Source of the DNA: Salpingoeca rosetta
Taxonomy: Eukaryota; Protista; Choanoflagellata
Assembly (NCBI GenBank): GCA_033442325.1
Contig: JAWQFM010000020.1
Location: 290,645 to 354,644, forward strand
Reading direction: 5' to 3'
Length of the DNA: 64,000 nt
Part shown: piece by piece, positions 62,510-64,000 of the stretch
Layout of the letters: every line of letters starts with the position of its first letter
How positions within the stretch are numbered: position 1 is the stretch's first letter
Position numbers and translations under genes: made by a program
Notes under the pieces: model-generated
What the model was told of the DNA's origin: nothing
The model's input: only the letters and a program-made list of their open reading frames with translations
Databases searched by the model: none

Positions 62510-64000
62510 TGTGTGTGTGTAATGTCCCCCGTCCCCACTTCAACCATGTGCGTGCGCACCTCGCAAGCTCTCTGTTGGTCTGCTAGGAGCTGCAGCATCG
62601 CCAACAGATACGGGTCCTTCACCACGCGCTCCATCCGCGCCGCAACCGCTGGTATGTCCTCATCGGAGGCCGCTGGTGGCCATGGTTGTTGTGTGTGCGT
62701 AGAAGTGAGTGAGACGAGTGAGCAGTGACAGAATGCACGGTTACAATCACATATATACACTATCCATCGCACGCTATCACACACACACACACTACTATCA
62801 TCGTGGTGGTGGGCGACACCTTGGAGGGCAGTGCCGCAGAGGATGAAGAGGTCATTGCAGGGCTTGGGCTCGAGACTGGTCAGCACAATCAGGGCGTGGT
62901 CAAGGCGGTTGTGGAAGGCGAGGAAGGATGCGGCCCGGCCAATGCACCCCAGCTGCAGCAGCCTGATGGTGGTGATGGTGGTGGTGGTGGTGGTGGTGGT
63001 GGTGGTGGTGGTGGTCATGGTGGTCATGGTGGTCATGGTGGTGAGGTGTCATGTCACATCACAAATTGGGACGGGTTCCACTGCGCCCCAACATCCCACC
63101 GCAGCCACAACCTTGCTTGTCCTTGTCGCCATCGAACAACAACCACAACGGCAGTCGCAACGGCAGCCACAACTCACTCCTTGAGGCGCGCGTTGATCGG
63201 GGCGGGCGAGTAGCGGTCAGCGCCGCGTGGGGGGAACCATCCGCACAGCGCCAGGCTCAGCAGCCGCTGAGGGGCGTGGTCGCACAGAACCTGTCCTGTG
63301 GACATGGTCACCTGCGTTGCATTTGGATGCACAAACCCTGGCGCGTGGCGGTAGAGCCACTGTGTATGATGAAGGTGGTAGATAACAGTGGTTGATGATG
63401 GTGGTTGCAGAGTGGTTGTGGTGGGGATGGTGAGATTGGTTCCAGAGCAAAGGTGTGAAAATGAAGGGAAGCACGCAGCCACAGTCGTGCAGTGCACATG
63501 ATGCATGTGCAGATTGGCGGTGGTCTGTACGTCGTGTTGTCATGCAGCATGCAAGCGACGCAAGGCAGTAGCGTGAGCGGTGGCGTCGTGAACTGCACCT
63601 GTGAGTTTGCAGCCAGCACGTCCCGGATGGAAACCGGGGCAGATTTCCCCATCACGCCTTTCCGCTCCTGGGCCTACACATACAAAGCAACCAAAAAAGC
63701 ACACACACACATAAACACACACGCACATACACACACACACACATGCGGAAATGTGGAGTCAGAATCGGTTGTGTTTGATGCGTGAACGCCAGCGAAGGCG
63801 GTCACTTCCCATCCACTGCGGTTGGGCCCTCGACATCTCCTCATCCACGCCACCAAGCACCATGCACGCAGGCAACGCATGCCCAAACGCACCACCAGCC
63901 ATTCCCAAACGGCGTGGACCTCCCAGTCATCGCACGTAATCTTCATGTTCCTCCTCGCCTGTGTACACACACACGCACGCACGCACATATGAAGGGATCG
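60056..64000 (-). CDS. MIOS: GATOR2 subunit MIOS (Sea4), 3' portion
   Basis: RLLSLALCGW; VADRAAFLLRF; GLIFTG; QFLDRTHDLQTVCL; W..EYRDLLDRWQMFSHRAEFD; LRCQHC...[35 protein letters not shown]...C...CNCKC zinc ribbon/RING. Confidence 0.9.

Overview
Eukaryotic, intron-dense, gene-dense genomic DNA. It is saturated with (CA/TG)n, (CAA)n, (CAT)n and (CT)n microsatellites and has six N-gaps. The style and gene content suggest a unicellular holozoan draft assembly, most like the choanoflagellate Salpingoeca rosetta (inference). Most six-frame ORFs are repeat artefacts, so I rebuilt genes by hand from GT-AG exons. In order: the 3' end of an unknown gene; an intronless protein resembling a free-standing dynein microtubule-binding domain; a Q-rich protein with two bZIP-like basic regions; a PPT-family thioesterase missing its catalytic middle; a small ELM2-motif protein head-to-head with a FAM173-type methyltransferase; a sarcosine-oxidase-like FAD oxidoreductase; a histidine phosphatase; EXO1; a CNK-like SAM-CRIC-PDZ-(Ig-like)-PDZ-PDZ-PH scaffold; a DRAM/TMEM150 protein head-to-head with an HRG1/SLC48A1-like heme transporter; an unknown acidic-tail protein; RMC1; an ORD-only OSBP-related protein head-to-head with NOSIP; a PTPMT1-like phosphatase; and the 3' part of MIOS. 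The top leads are the stand-alone dynein MTBD-like gene, the HRG1-like transporter, complementary TG/CA tracts bracketing many introns, and the expanded CNK architecture. All family calls rest on motif recognition from memory, not database searches.
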